64,000 bases of DNA from Sphaerodactylus townsendi (lineage: Eukaryota), in contig NC_059435.1 in NCBI RefSeq assembly GCF_021028975.2, positions 70,060,001 through 70,124,000 of the forward strand. The letters are read 5' to 3'. Position numbers and translations under genes: made by a program. The notes under the pieces were generated by a model, which was not told the DNA's origin, made no database searches, and saw only the letters and a list, made by a program, of their open reading frames with translations. This document shows, piece after piece, positions 37,401 through 48,167 of the stretch (the first letter of the stretch is position 1; each line of letters opens with the position of its first letter).

Positions 37401-38820
37401 ACTGTCTCCCCTTCACGCACCCAGGTTTCGGTGATGCAAGCCAGGTCCATCTGCTGGTTTCCTAAGAAATCCCGAAGCACTGCTGTTTTATTATTGATGG
37501 ACCTGGCATTGATCAACACCAGGGACGAAGCGGGGTGTTCCTGAACCCAACCACCTTCGTTTCTTGGGATAGGTCGGAGGGCAGAAGGTGAGCGAGCATA
37601 CCCATATCTCGTTCGTCTTCTCTCATAAGCCCACCGCCTACCGTACTTACCTCGTCCCATTAAAACTGGGATCCCTAGCCCCAATGGCGCCCCCATATCC
37701 CCACTACTCCCTATTTATCCAATAGCCTACTGAACAATAATAACACCCTTATAGGTGGGACTAAACTTACTACTGACTAACATCAGTCGACTAACTATAA
37801 TAAATAAGCTAGACACTCCACCTAGACAAACCAACTAACTGACTACCCATTAATCCTACAATATACTAAACAACTACTCTACAATACAATTCTATCTAAA
37901 CTAACAGACAGGAGTGGAATAGAAGAACGAAATCTGCACCCAATCATTCAGATATATAGCAGCTCAGTACTCTCACTAATGAGCTGCGGATGTAACCAAT
38001 CGTCGTCGTAGGTTCCTGCCTCTGACCCTCAAACAGATGTAAAAAATACAGGGAGAGGTCAAGACCAGAGTCAACAGAGGGCGTCAGTAGATGGTAAAAG
38101 GGAATGGTAGCTACCAATTCCCTGCGCCCTCTGGTGGACAGAATAGGCAAAGCACGGGGCTCCCACCACCCGGCCAGCCACTTGGTTGAATTCAGGCCTG
38201 AAGAGCTAATGGAGTGCCTATGGGCAGAACAGGGTAACAGCAGGAGGCCTATGCCTCCAGCTGTATCAGGCAAGTTCGAAAATGCCAATTTCCGTCGTCT
38301 GCTGCTCCTTGGATCCGCGGCGCGCACAGCCCTCACACCACCGGCTCGCCGAGTCCCAAAAGAGCAGCTGGTATTCCTGTTACGTTGGTCTATTTTTCCA
38401 GCTCTCCAAACCAGTCTGTTCCTCCGGTCGCCCCTCCTCCAGCCACACTTTGGGTCCACAGCTCGCACGACTCTCTCACCGTCGGCCCGCCGAGATCCAA
38501 AGGGGCAATGGGCACTCCAGACTGTTGACTCCGCCAAAGCCGTAATCTCGACTATGGAGGGAGGCGTCCCGTCACTGCCGCTGCCTCCGCCTTCGCCCCA
38601 GCCCGCCGAGACGTCTTGCCGAAGGACCCGCTGAGAGCCACCGGAGCCCCGCCGGGAGCTGCAGGGGGGGAATTCTTGTTGTCGCTGTTGTCCCCCCCAA
38701 TTCCAAGCTCCCCAGTTCACAATAGCAAGGCCGCTCAATACAGCAAAAGGAACCAAGGCAGGGGCCAAGGCTACGGAGCAGGCAATGCAACCGGGAGGCG
38801 AGACGCACAGAGCACAAGAT
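34446..38820 (-). mobile_element. Near full-length L2-clade LINE (5' end approximate)
   Basis: APE-RT ORF2, 3' stem-loop ccgcccagagcccttcgggggaggggcgg, (TAAA)n tail at 34446-34490; CpG-rich. Confidence 0.93.
35291..37696 (-). CDS. L2 ORF2 endonuclease-reverse transcriptase; in frame to about 35540, then frameshifted continuation to about 34730
   Basis: NARS, ITETW, GGGVA, GDFN, TLDL, SDH (APE); LDPCPSW, FQSGFR, GVPQG, YADD (RT); downstream RLDYCN, LHWLP and WNTLP in other frames. Confidence 0.92.
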   Translation of the reverse strand: MGAPLGLGIPVLMGRGKYGRRWAYERRRTRYGYARSPSALRPIPRNEGGWVQEHPASSLVLINARSINNKTAVLRDFLGNQQMDLACITETWVREGETVALCEVSPPGFACLHQSRTRGRGGGVAMFIRDSIPFRAIPVPEITGMECVGLEWLATERLAVLLVYRSPSAPGDGLLRLLEVVSDWALRFPRLIVLGDFNVHVDAASCAVAADLVSSMATLGLSLVNSGPTHEAGHTLDLVFGSGINMVVSSTDRVPWSDHYALKVWMDLPCLPRLGDRLIYVRPRRLMDPLGFLNALRDPEPAGTLDEQVEDWNARLSDAIDVVAPRRPLRPRSRLAAWYTEELRHMKRELRRLERVWRKFRDEATRTSYRTFMKAYEMATKEAKRVFLSSSLASAGSRPAQLFRLIRTLTSLPAGSTNSQLAISCEAFMSFFADKVASLRQDLPSVLNTISELEAPLPSSGPCLAQFSLLSEASVDRVLAAVRPTTCPLDPCPSWLIKACQGELRPHLLKIINGSLEQGVFPGGLKEAVVRPLLKRPSLDPGDLANYRPVSNLSFLGKVIERVVLEQLQSFLEDAQAFDPFQSGFRAGHGTETVLVAITDTLRIQLDQGGSALLVLLDLTAAFDMVDHNLLAHRLATSGVRGTVLQWIVSFLRGWSQQVWCGDQASQRCPLQCGVPQGALLSPLLFNIYMRPLAQLVRSFGLICHQYADDTQLILLMDSRCPCSSTALFGGGCWMVTTEQVKTESIEDGDPLAGPPGGGGGFPTAGVGAGYIGTSLLHSQPGGPPGFVSFNGAPGRPYNPG

Positions 38821-40724
38821 GTAAAGATGTAACCTGCTTTACTTCTTTACTTCTTCTGCGTAGTCTCTTTCTGTTGTTGCTATGTTACTGTAAGTTGGAT
38901 TCGTTGCTATTATTCTTGATTAGTTTAGTTCCCAAACAGAGGAAAGATGGGCAGTCTCATCACAACCAGGAAGGAGAAAAAAGGTCATTTCCTGCCACCC
39001 TGACTGGATGGTGAAGAACACCTACAAAATGTCTTCTGCTCAGTGGGAGGATGCCTATTAACACTTATAAAAGCCGAAGCAGAAATACACGTAACTACCT
39101 TAGCAATGTAAAGCTGCTACAATGTTCTTTTTCCAAAAGAAATTGTTGAGGCCCTCTGTATAGTCATATAAATAGGCTCTGTTCCTGTGAAGAGCCTCAG
39201 TTTGAAACATTCTGGATCATCCTCCTTTTCAAGACTGGGCACCACATACCCCAAGGGGAGAGGTTTAATGACGGCTGATACCCAATGGCTAAAATGTTGT
39301 GAAGAATCTTGATCTCATCTGGGGAGGCAAAACAGTCGAACTGGACAGGGTGTTCCCAGCTAGACAGATATCCTACAAGTATCTAGGACGTGAGAAGGAC
39401 AGACTGTATAGAACAGAAGAGAGCACCAAGCACCACTTCTTTCAAATGAAGTGCTTCCAAAATTTTCTGTTGCTCAGAGAGCTCCCCTCCAGATTTATAT
39501 CACACAGGTCAATTGTGCAATTTGCTTTATTCATTATGCGTCAAAAAGACAACAGCTGGTTGGTAATAAATAAAAGTCTGCTGCAATTCTGTCACATAAC
39601 AGTAGACTGCAACTATCTTGCTTCATCATGGTACTGTAACTGGCAGTTATATTATCCATTAACAAGAAGGCACATCAAGAGGGGAATCAGCCTCGAGGAT
39701 TTAGAAGAATTATTAAAGTTTAAACGCAATAAATTTGGGATTGTTAAGGCCATGTTTCACATGATACTGGCTGGAACTCCGTTTAAGTGTTATGTGGTCC
39801 ATCATGGAGCTGGATCACAGAACTGGGGAAAGGAGAGATTAATTATTCCCCCACACTGTTTCCACAATCAAAATGATCTCCAGGATGCTTAAAATCAGAG
39901 TAAGAAAAAACAAAACAATCCTGCCTGTTATTTATCTCACTATCTTACAGACTTGCATTTCAGTGAGAAAAAGGTGAAGCAAATAAAGCAATAAGCCAAA
40001 TAAAGCATAAATATCCTCCTTCCGCCAGTGTTGCCCTCTTAGTCCGTATCACTGTTCCCTGTGTCATCTTTCTGGAACCAAATTACCCCATGTATCATTT
40101 CCACTTGAAGTCCAGCTTCAAATGAGGTCTGGCCCTTCAGCTGCTGCTTTCCAGACCTTTATTACTTTTGTGGTGCCCATCTCAGGATGAACTTTCATAT
40201 TCAATTGTTTCTTAGGTGCTATTTGACCTCGCAGATGATGTTATGATGATGCTGACTCTATGACTCTGTAAACAGTATAAAACTTGGAAATCCTTTGTGT
40301 TCTTTGCTTCTGCTTCTCGAAAACTGGTGCTGCAGCCAAATAAATTTACACTTGATTTACTTTACCTCTGCCTCTTAAGCTCTTTACTAGGCCAGGGCTT
40401 TGGAGCTTAATCACTGATGCAAGCCCTAGACACAATCAATTTGCTGTCTACTTGCAACCATGAAGATCACAAGTCTAAATGAAAGTAAAGATTTTCAGGA
40501 TGCTAAATACATCTGGAACTGTAGATGGTTCTTAGGTCAGACAGCTTAACATTACCAATAGTCACAGCTATTGGCCTTTTCATCTGCACTAAAAAAAGCC
40601 CTTAAAGGAACAGTGACTTAAAAACAAAAGGATTCATAACATTTCCACATTTATGAAAAACAACTTGACAGAAAGACACTTGACAACAGTTTCATGCAGG
40701 AACACTTTATATATATTAACAAAT

Positions 40725-41120
40725 TTCAGCTCCTATGAGGGGAAAGGTTGAAGGAACTGAGTATGTTCATCCAAGAGTAGAAAACAGGGGCACTATGGGA
40801 GATGGTTAAGCTATTCAAATACCTGAAGGGCTGTCACGCAGAAGGAGGTGAACCTTGTCCTCTGTTGCCTGAAAGGGGAGACTAGAACGAATGGGCTAAA
40901 ACTCTAGGAGTGTAGATTTCAGTTGAATCTTGACAGCAGTCCCATAATGGAGGCAATTACCTTGGGAGTTGAGGGTGTCCCTTGCCAGAGATCTTTCAGC
41001 ACAGGCCAGACAGCCATTTGCTGGGCACGCTCTAGCTCCGGATCTCCTACATTAAGCAGGACTTTGGACTAGACAACCCATAAGACCCCTTTCAGCAATA
41101 TGAATCCAAGAATCTATTAT
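40725..41120 (+). mobile_element. CR1 LINE 3' fragment, diverged
   Basis: SYE..LKELSMF / FKYLKG-like remnants and ttggactaga...cccctttca CR1 3' motif. Confidence 0.7.
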
Positions 41121-42608
41121 TCACCCTTCAGAACAAGACTTGTATGGAGCAACACTACTATATTGAATTTTCATACCACATTGAAACAAAGCAGGATTAT
41201 CTTGATCAGATGATGTTTTCTCACACCTGACAACCAGCCCTCTCTACCTGGAACATCCTAAACTGAACAAGAGAAAAATTAGATCCAGTTTAAATCTAAG
41301 GAGCAGATCTAATTTAATGGCCTCTGCATTTTCCGTTAGCAATATATCCTAGCAAGTTATAAATAAATCTTTAGCTCTTACTAATAATCCAGGCAAGTTG
41401 GTGGGTTTCAAGGAATAAGGTTTTCTCATCAGTTTCTAACATGGTCCTCTCTTCTCTTCTGGTTTACAACAATGTGAAAAGAAGGCGTCAGTAGATCTAG
41501 CTTGCTTAAAGAAATTTTTAGCCCATCATTATCCAAAAAAACCCCCCAAAATAGTTCAAGGTGGGTTTCCATAGCATATCAATGATAACTCAGCCCATTC
41601 CTATGTTTTAGGCAAAGGGTAGGCAAGCCTTATTCAGAGAAACTGCAAGCTCCATTAAACAGAGATTAGAAACGCACATAAGCATTCTACAGGTGTGACA
41701 CCTGGCCATCTGTCACAATGACCTGGCAACAGTCAACCCAGCAGGAATTGATGGAGAGTTTCTTCTCGTTTGACATCTGGCCTGAATTCCCTTAGCTCCT
41801 TCCAGACTTCCTTTGAGCTCTGTGTTAAGAAGAGCTGTTAAGAAGAACTGGGGACAAAGCTCCTATTATACCGAGGTTCCCTACAATCCTGAGTTTATTC
41901 ATCAAATCATCCTTTAGTGGGAAAAGAGTAAGCACTCACATTTAACTGAAGAGCACCTGAGGAACCCCTTGAAATATGGTGCTGAAAGGAACAATTTTCT
42001 ATCACTCTTTACTAAGATCAGATGTTATGCTGTGGAAAAGGTGATGCATCTCAGAGGAGCAGTCTAAAGTTTTGCTAACTTTCAGGTAGCAAGAAATTTG
42101 TTTTCTTTTGTGTTGTATTTTATAGTTTCATCTCTTACACTTCTTTATTATATGAGTGGAATGAAACCTTTTTTTACAATTTGAACTTTGGCCAAGAGAC
42201 TTTCTGAGTTAGTATCCCTCACACGCTGACCACTTCATCCCCACTCTATCAAACTAAAGGAAGAAAGAGTAAGAAAGAATTCATTTCCGTATCTTACACA
42301 CTCATACAGAGTACTGTCAAGGGGAGAATTGAGTGACCTGAACAAGACTATTAAAATACTTTAAATCTCCACAAGATGGAAGAAAATTAATAAAACAGTG
42401 AGACATTCAAGAGGCTTAAGTGCCTATGTAAAGTCTGATCTCTAAAGACACTATAACAATTATTGCTTTTATTTTATTTTTTAATTTACTTCATTTACAG
42501 TCCACCTTTCCTGCTGGAACTCAGGACAGATTGCAGAGTTGAAAACACAATTCAGTTACACAGCAAAGATCTGCAATAAACAGTGCAGTAGAACTCAACA
42601 ATGGGGAA

Positions 42609-42762
42609 AACGACCCATTGGATACTCACCGTGAAGGGGTCTTCTCCTTGGTGGTCGCAGGCCATCTGGTTTGGGTTGTTCGCTGCCCTGCGGCGAGTAG
42701 GCAGGAAAAGGCTCTTTGGTGACTTCCTGTCAGGTGTCCGTGGTGGTGCCGCCCCAGTATCT
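42609..42762 (-). repeat. DIRS 3' inverted terminal repeat plus terminal extension
   Basis: See above; the extension cgacccattggatactcaccgtgaagggg is complementary to the ICR. Confidence 0.95.
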
Positions 42763-42979
42763 GACTAGCCGAGAGTAACAGTACACGGCAAACGTAACAA
42801 AAGTACAATATACAACACCACGGCCCAACATGCCATGAAGGAAACGAATAATCCTATTTAAAAGGGGACCAAAGAGCCCAACAAAGAACAGGCTGAACTG
42901 TAAACGATAAAAAACTGTAAAGCTGGATATTTAGAGAACACATTATCGGGTCAATAGCAAAAAAAAACCCGGGGTGGGC

Positions 42980-43072
42980 CCAGATGGCCTCACGACCACT
43001 GCAAGGAAGACCCCTTCACGGTGAGTATCCAATGGGTCGTTCTCCCTGGTGGTAGCAGGCCATCTGGTTGGG
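42980..43072. repeat. DIRS internal complementary region (ICR)
   Basis: One half is the reverse complement of the left terminus and the other half of the right terminus, joined at TCGTT (43037-43041). Confidence 0.93.
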
Positions 43073-43099
43073 AACTTCCCAAGCAGTGCCCTGAGAAAA

Positions 43100-44130
43100 A
43101 GGGAGGGTTCGGTTACTCCCCGATAATATGCTCCAGAATGGGCCTCCCAATGTTTAACGAATGAAGAGGGTGGAGCCCAAGTGGCTGCCCTACAAATCTG
43201 TTCAAGGGGAATGCGTTTAAGGAGAGCTGCATTGGCGGCCGTGCTCCTGGTGGAGTGGGCTGTAACTCCGGTCGGCATGGGGAATCCCCTGGCCTTATGG
43301 GCCTCAAGGATGCAGGCCTTAATAGTAGAGCTGATAGAAGCAGCCCGACATAGGTTCGCCCAATCTGGAAGCGGGCTGATGTTAGTAAGCAAGAGCCTCC
43401 GATTTGCAGAGTCTTGTTTTGAAGTACATTATCAGAAAGGTCTTGAGAGAAGCATACTCTCACATCCAGGTGTGATGCCAACGGGCTTGGCTCTCTACAG
43501 GGTGTGTGGGATTCGGACAAAACTTTTTTTATTTTTATTTTTTGTCAGAACCACCTCCTGCTGCAAATGGAATTTAGATGCCACTTTAGGTCTAAAGCAG
43601 GGGAAAAAGCATAAATTTGGATTAGTTGACATGGCTCTAATCTCTAATACCCTTCCAGCGGAGGTTATGGCTACCAGGAACAAAAGCTTCATCCTAAGTC
43701 ATTTTAAATGTATGTGTCGAACAGGTTCAAAGGAGGGTTTGGTAGGTGCGTCTAGCACCCCATGGAGACGCCAGGTAGGGAAGCGATGCTGTACTGGCGG
43801 TTGGGACTGAGAAACCCCTTTGAGAATTTTAAGGTGTCTGGGTGCCTGGTGATAGGCATCCCCTTCGTCCCAGGTAGAACCGTTGCAATGGCAGCTACCT
43901 GACGCCTTAGGGTGGAACTGCTCAACCCTGACTCAAACCCGTTCTGCAGGAATTCCAATATGTACAGCAGGGAAGCTAACTCAGGGACCCTTCTTTTTCT
44001 ACGGCACCACCGCACATAAGCCTTCCAGGAGGAGTCATAAATTCTGATTGGACTTTCTTCTAGCAGCTAAAATAGCCTTTATGACCCTTTTAGGATAACC
44101 CCGTTTTCTTAACAGTCTCCGCTCAAGCGC
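43100..44130 (-). pseudogene. DIRS tyrosine recombinase, frameshifted
   Basis: Fragments ILEFLQ...STLRRQVAAI, LFLVAITSAGRV, AHSTR...ICRAATW...FVKH. Confidence 0.9.
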
Positions 44131-45830
44131 CAGGCGGCTAGTCTGAGCCAGCCTGGGCCAGGATGTAGTAGGGGGCCCTGGGAGAGCAGGTCTGGCAGTT
44201 GTGGTAGAACCAACGGTGGTGTGACAGATAGCTGTTTTAGTACTGAGTACCAGGACCTCCTGGGCCAGTTCGGAGCCCCCAGTATGATTTCCCTCCATTC
44301 CGACTGCACGCAGTGGAGTAGTCTGTGAAAAACTTGGATCGGGAGGAAAACATAGAGGAACCCCTGTGGCCAGGGAGCTGAGAGCGCATCGGTCGCTGTC
44401 GTCTGTGAATGGTGGTATCTGGTGAAGAATACGCTGATCTGAGCATTGAGGAGTGATGCAAAGAGGTCGATCGTCGCCATCCCGGGTCGTTCCTGGATGG
44501 TCTGGAAAACTGCTGGGTTCAGCTTCCACTTGGAGCTGGAGAGCGTGGTCCGGCTGAGCCAGTCGGCTTCCGTGTTTAGTGAGCCTCGAATGTGTTCGGC
44601 TCGCAGGGATGCAAGATTCTGTTCCGCCCATGAGATCACACGCAAAGCTTCTCTGTGTAGGGCAGGCGACCTGGAGCCTCCCTGATGATTGACAAGGCAC
44701 TTCGCCGAGATGTTGTCGGCGTGAAGCACTACGTGCTTCTGCAGAATAAGTTGCTTGAATGATTACAGGGCCCATCATATTGCTCTGACCTACTAGAATG
44801 TTGATCGGAAGCTGAGCCTGTGCTTCGGATCAGGAGCCCTGAGCCAGGTGGTGGCTCAGTTTGGCACCCCAGCCGGACAGACTGGCATCCACAAGGATAT
44901 GGATCTGTTGCGAAGGGGCGAAAAACTTACCTTGTAGGAGGTTGTGGTGGGTGGTCCACCATTTTAGACTGAGACAGACTGCTGGGGGAGGCTCAATGAT
45001 CGATCTGTCTTCAGAATGATTTGCTTTGCATAAGGCCGTAGAAGGGCTTGTAGAGGCCTGGCGTGGGCTCGACCCCACTGTATGAGGTCCATTGTGGACA
45101 GCAAAGGGCCCAGCAAGCTGGCAAGTTGTAGTAAGTTGGAAGATTTTGCCCGCAAGGTGCGAAGACTGGTCTCTTGGATTTTCTGGACTTTTACCCGAGG
45201 TACAAAGGGAGTACAAATGGACGTGTCTATCAATGCCCCTAAGTGTTCCATCTGTTGGGAAGGGGCCAAGGAACTCTTGCTCACGTGATGACAAATCCGA
45301 TAAGACCAGTTGGACCCTTTCCACGTCTCTGACAGCCTGTATTTCCGATCAAGATCTGATGAGAAGGTCGTCGAGATACGAATAGATATGCATCCCTTGA
45401 CTGCGGAGCAGGGAAATGGGTGCAATCAAGACTTTCGTGAAAACTCAGGGAGATGTCGCCAATCGACCGGCAGAGCTATGTACTGAAAATGGAGGTCTGC
45501 TATCGCGGACCGAGGAAGCGATGATGAGCCAGGTGTATGGGTACATGGAGGTATGCCTCCATCAGAACCAAGGAGGTGATCATGTCCCCTCTCCTGATGG
45601 CCGCAACCGTGGATCTGATGGTTTCCATGCGAAACCTGAATTTGCGCAGATGACGATTGACATGTCTTAGCTGAGGATCGCCCTGACATCCCCATTCTTT
45701 TTGGGGACAGTGAAAAAATGGGAGCACACTCCCATCCCTTGTTGATATTTTGGTACCGGTTCTATGGCTCTGATGGTAAGTAGCTGTTTGACAGCCAGCT
45801 TTAGTCTGTTGGCTTCGTCTTCCTTGCCAA
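44109..45830 (-). pseudogene. DIRS pol: RT, RNase H and Dam-like adenine methyltransferase, frameshifted
   Basis: KFRFRMET...EAYLHVPI (RT); ILVDASLSGWGA, ADN, EHIRGSLNTEADWLSR (RNase H); IDLFAS...LYVFLP...APNWPRRSWY (methyltransferase). Confidence 0.9.
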
Positions 45831-45949
45831 TCGGGGCTGAAGGAAAGGAGCCGAGCGCCGACTGGAACCCTGGCGTAGTCCCGCCTTGTTGTTATTGCCA
45901 GAGGCGTCGGTCCGAAATGGGTTGCCGCTCTAGTTGGAGCTGCGAAAAT

Positions 45950-47650
45950 CGTGTGTCTTACAGAAGGACGACTGAGGCTGCCAGCTAGTCTGCTTATATT
46001 CCCGTGATTGGTGGAAGGGGCCACGAAATACTTTGAGGGCAGGTTTTGCAGAAAACCTGGGCCTGTCTCTGACGGACCGTGGCATAGCTTATTTATGGTC
46101 CTTGGTCTCCACCAGGGTCTTATTTAACTCTGACCCAAATAGGGTCCCTCCCTCAAAATCAAAACTAGCCACCGCTGTCTTAGATAGGGTGTCAGCCTGC
46201 CAGGGCTTAAGCCAGAGCAATCTATGTGAGACTGATGCCGAAGACATGGGTCTAGAGGAGACTAGGAGTGCATCTAGGGTGGCATCAGCTGGGAAGGAGG
46301 TGGCCATGACTACCCTCTCCACCCCCTCTCTAATGCCTTGGCACTCGGGTGGAATGATGCTCTGAAGGCGTTGGAGCCAAAGAATGGGAGCTGTGGGGAC
46401 GGTGGCTGCCAGAACCAGGATTTTTTTGCTGCCATGGTCGCACCATCATGAACTCTGCGGAGACCATGTTCCGCCTTACGATCAATGGGGTCTTTAACAT
46501 CACCCTCTCCGTCCCGGGAAACCAGACCCCCTGAATGCAGTGAGGAGATGGGACCGTCAACTAGAGGGGTTCTAATCATTCTCAAAAATTAGTCCGGAGC
46601 TAGGTAAAGCTACTTGTAGACTGGAGGAAACCCTCTGTTTGAAGCGGGGGTGACCCATTCTTTTCTGAACTGTGGGCCAAAGACTCTGGGAGCGGGAAAA
46701 AATGAGTAGCCTGATCCTCTAAGGAAAGATGTAGGAGATCCCTTTAGGGCAGCCCTTAGTGGGCTTGGACGTGGCAGGAGCATTGGGATCGCCCGCCTCC
46801 TCAGAGACCCTCAGTTCCAAAGCCGACATTGTTTTGGCTAAAAGAGTGGATAATTGTTCCACCGTAATTAATCTGTGGCTCTGGTCTGCCTGAACTGGTA
46901 GTGAAGACTCTCCCTCAGAAAGGCGTCTGAGTCCAGGTCTACCTCCCCTTCACTCAAGTACTTGCATCATAATCAAGCAATCTGATTCTCCTGCAGGACC
47001 TGGAAGGGGATCTGCGTCTGCTTGTCTGAGGGGAGGCACGAGCATTTAAATGTCTACTAGCCGACTGGTCTATGGAGCCCTGTAGTAAGGAGACCAGTTG
47101 CTGCGGGGAGAAAGGCGCTCCAGTCTGAAGGCAGAGATACTCCCAAGGCAGCCTCCCCGTCATGGCACCCGCATGACTTGACCTGCAGCGAAGTTCCCTC
47201 AGACGTTCTAACAAGAGCGGGGGTGGGGAAAAAAAGGCTTGTGAAGCAGCAGACATCAAAGGCCCCGGCCGGAGGCAGAGGCGATGCCCTGGGTGCACGC
47301 CTGAGCAGTCGCCGCAACGATCTGTCTCCTGTCCGCGGTCACGGTCGATCCGGCCCGCGCTTCCCGTCCTTGTGAAGGGCCCCACCGAGATGCAGCGTCT
47401 TCCTGCCTTGGCGGGCCTGGGAAGCGCGAGCGAGCCCGCCGCCCAGCCCCACGGCTGTTGCGCAGCTCCTGAAGAGTCTCCTCACTATCAGCCCAGCGGC
47501 TGTGTGTGGGAGACTGTTGGGTCCGAGAAGAGTCTCCTCACTATCAGCCCAGCGACTGTGTGTGGGAGACTGAACCTAGTGGTTTCTACCGCGATCGGTA
47601 GAAGGACTCCCTTGGTGGAGAAAATGGCGCCGACGCCATAGCTCTTCCTT
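45950..47650 (-). pseudogene. DIRS ORF1 (gag-like) remnants
   Basis: KDPIDRKAE, RLLWLKPWQAD...FEGGTLFGSEL fragments typical of vertebrate DIRS ORF1; located 5' of RT; limits approximate. Confidence 0.7.
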
Positions 47651-47851
47651 CCTCAAGCCAAGAAAAAGGCGGGAACACAAGGGAAGGAGAGAGCTCAGTC
47701 AGCACGCAGACAAAAGGAGTGGAAAAACGATCAAACGTACACTGCACACAAGGGAATCACAAAAAACAACAACACAAGGAAGAAAAGGTAGCTTTGTGAA
47801 ATCCAGCCTAGGAGCCTGTGGATAGTGCTGCCTACTCTGACCGAGGCAGGA

Positions 47852-47972
47852 AGATACTGGGGCGGCACCACCACGGACACCTGACAGGAAGTCACCAAAG
47901 AGCCTTTTCCTGCCTACTCGCCGCAGGGCAGCGAACAACCCAAACCAGATGGCCTGCTACCACCAGGGAGAA
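47852..47972 (-). repeat. DIRS 5' inverted terminal repeat
   Basis: Reverse complement of 42642-42762 with 2 mismatches by manual alignment. Confidence 0.95.
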
Positions 47973-48167
47973 CGAGAACACAAATAAAAAGCTGCCTAAG
48001 ACATGAAAATGCTACAATGCAAAAAGTGGCTTACAAAGTTAGAAGACAAAACAGTAAAAGAGGATGATATACAAAACAAGCACTGAACTGACTACAATCC
48101 TATTCCCTTATAAATGTAACCTCTTGAGTTGTTGCATTATGATGCAGTTCTAATCCCTTAGACTTAC

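Larger units (their letters stand above)
42609..47975 (-). mobile_element. DIRS1-type tyrosine-recombinase retrotransposon, structurally full-length, ORFs decayed
   Basis: 121-bp inverted terminal repeats (42642-42762 / 47852-47972), 3' terminal extension (42609-42641), ICR (about 42980-43072), and gag, RT, RNase H, methyltransferase and recombinase remnants in DIRS order. Confidence 0.96.

Noticed and set aside
39299-39892. 197-aa + strand ORF
   Set aside because: Non-ATG start, antisense within an intron, no recognisable domain. A YKYLG motif suggests at most a decayed LINE remnant.
41600-42300. Possible solo LTR
   Set aside because: Ends in ...TTACA and has LTR-like composition, but I could not fix a 5' end or a TSD.
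43181-43810. 209-aa + strand ORF and other + ORFs across 42900-47600
   Set aside because: Antisense shadows of the GC-rich DIRS coding frames.
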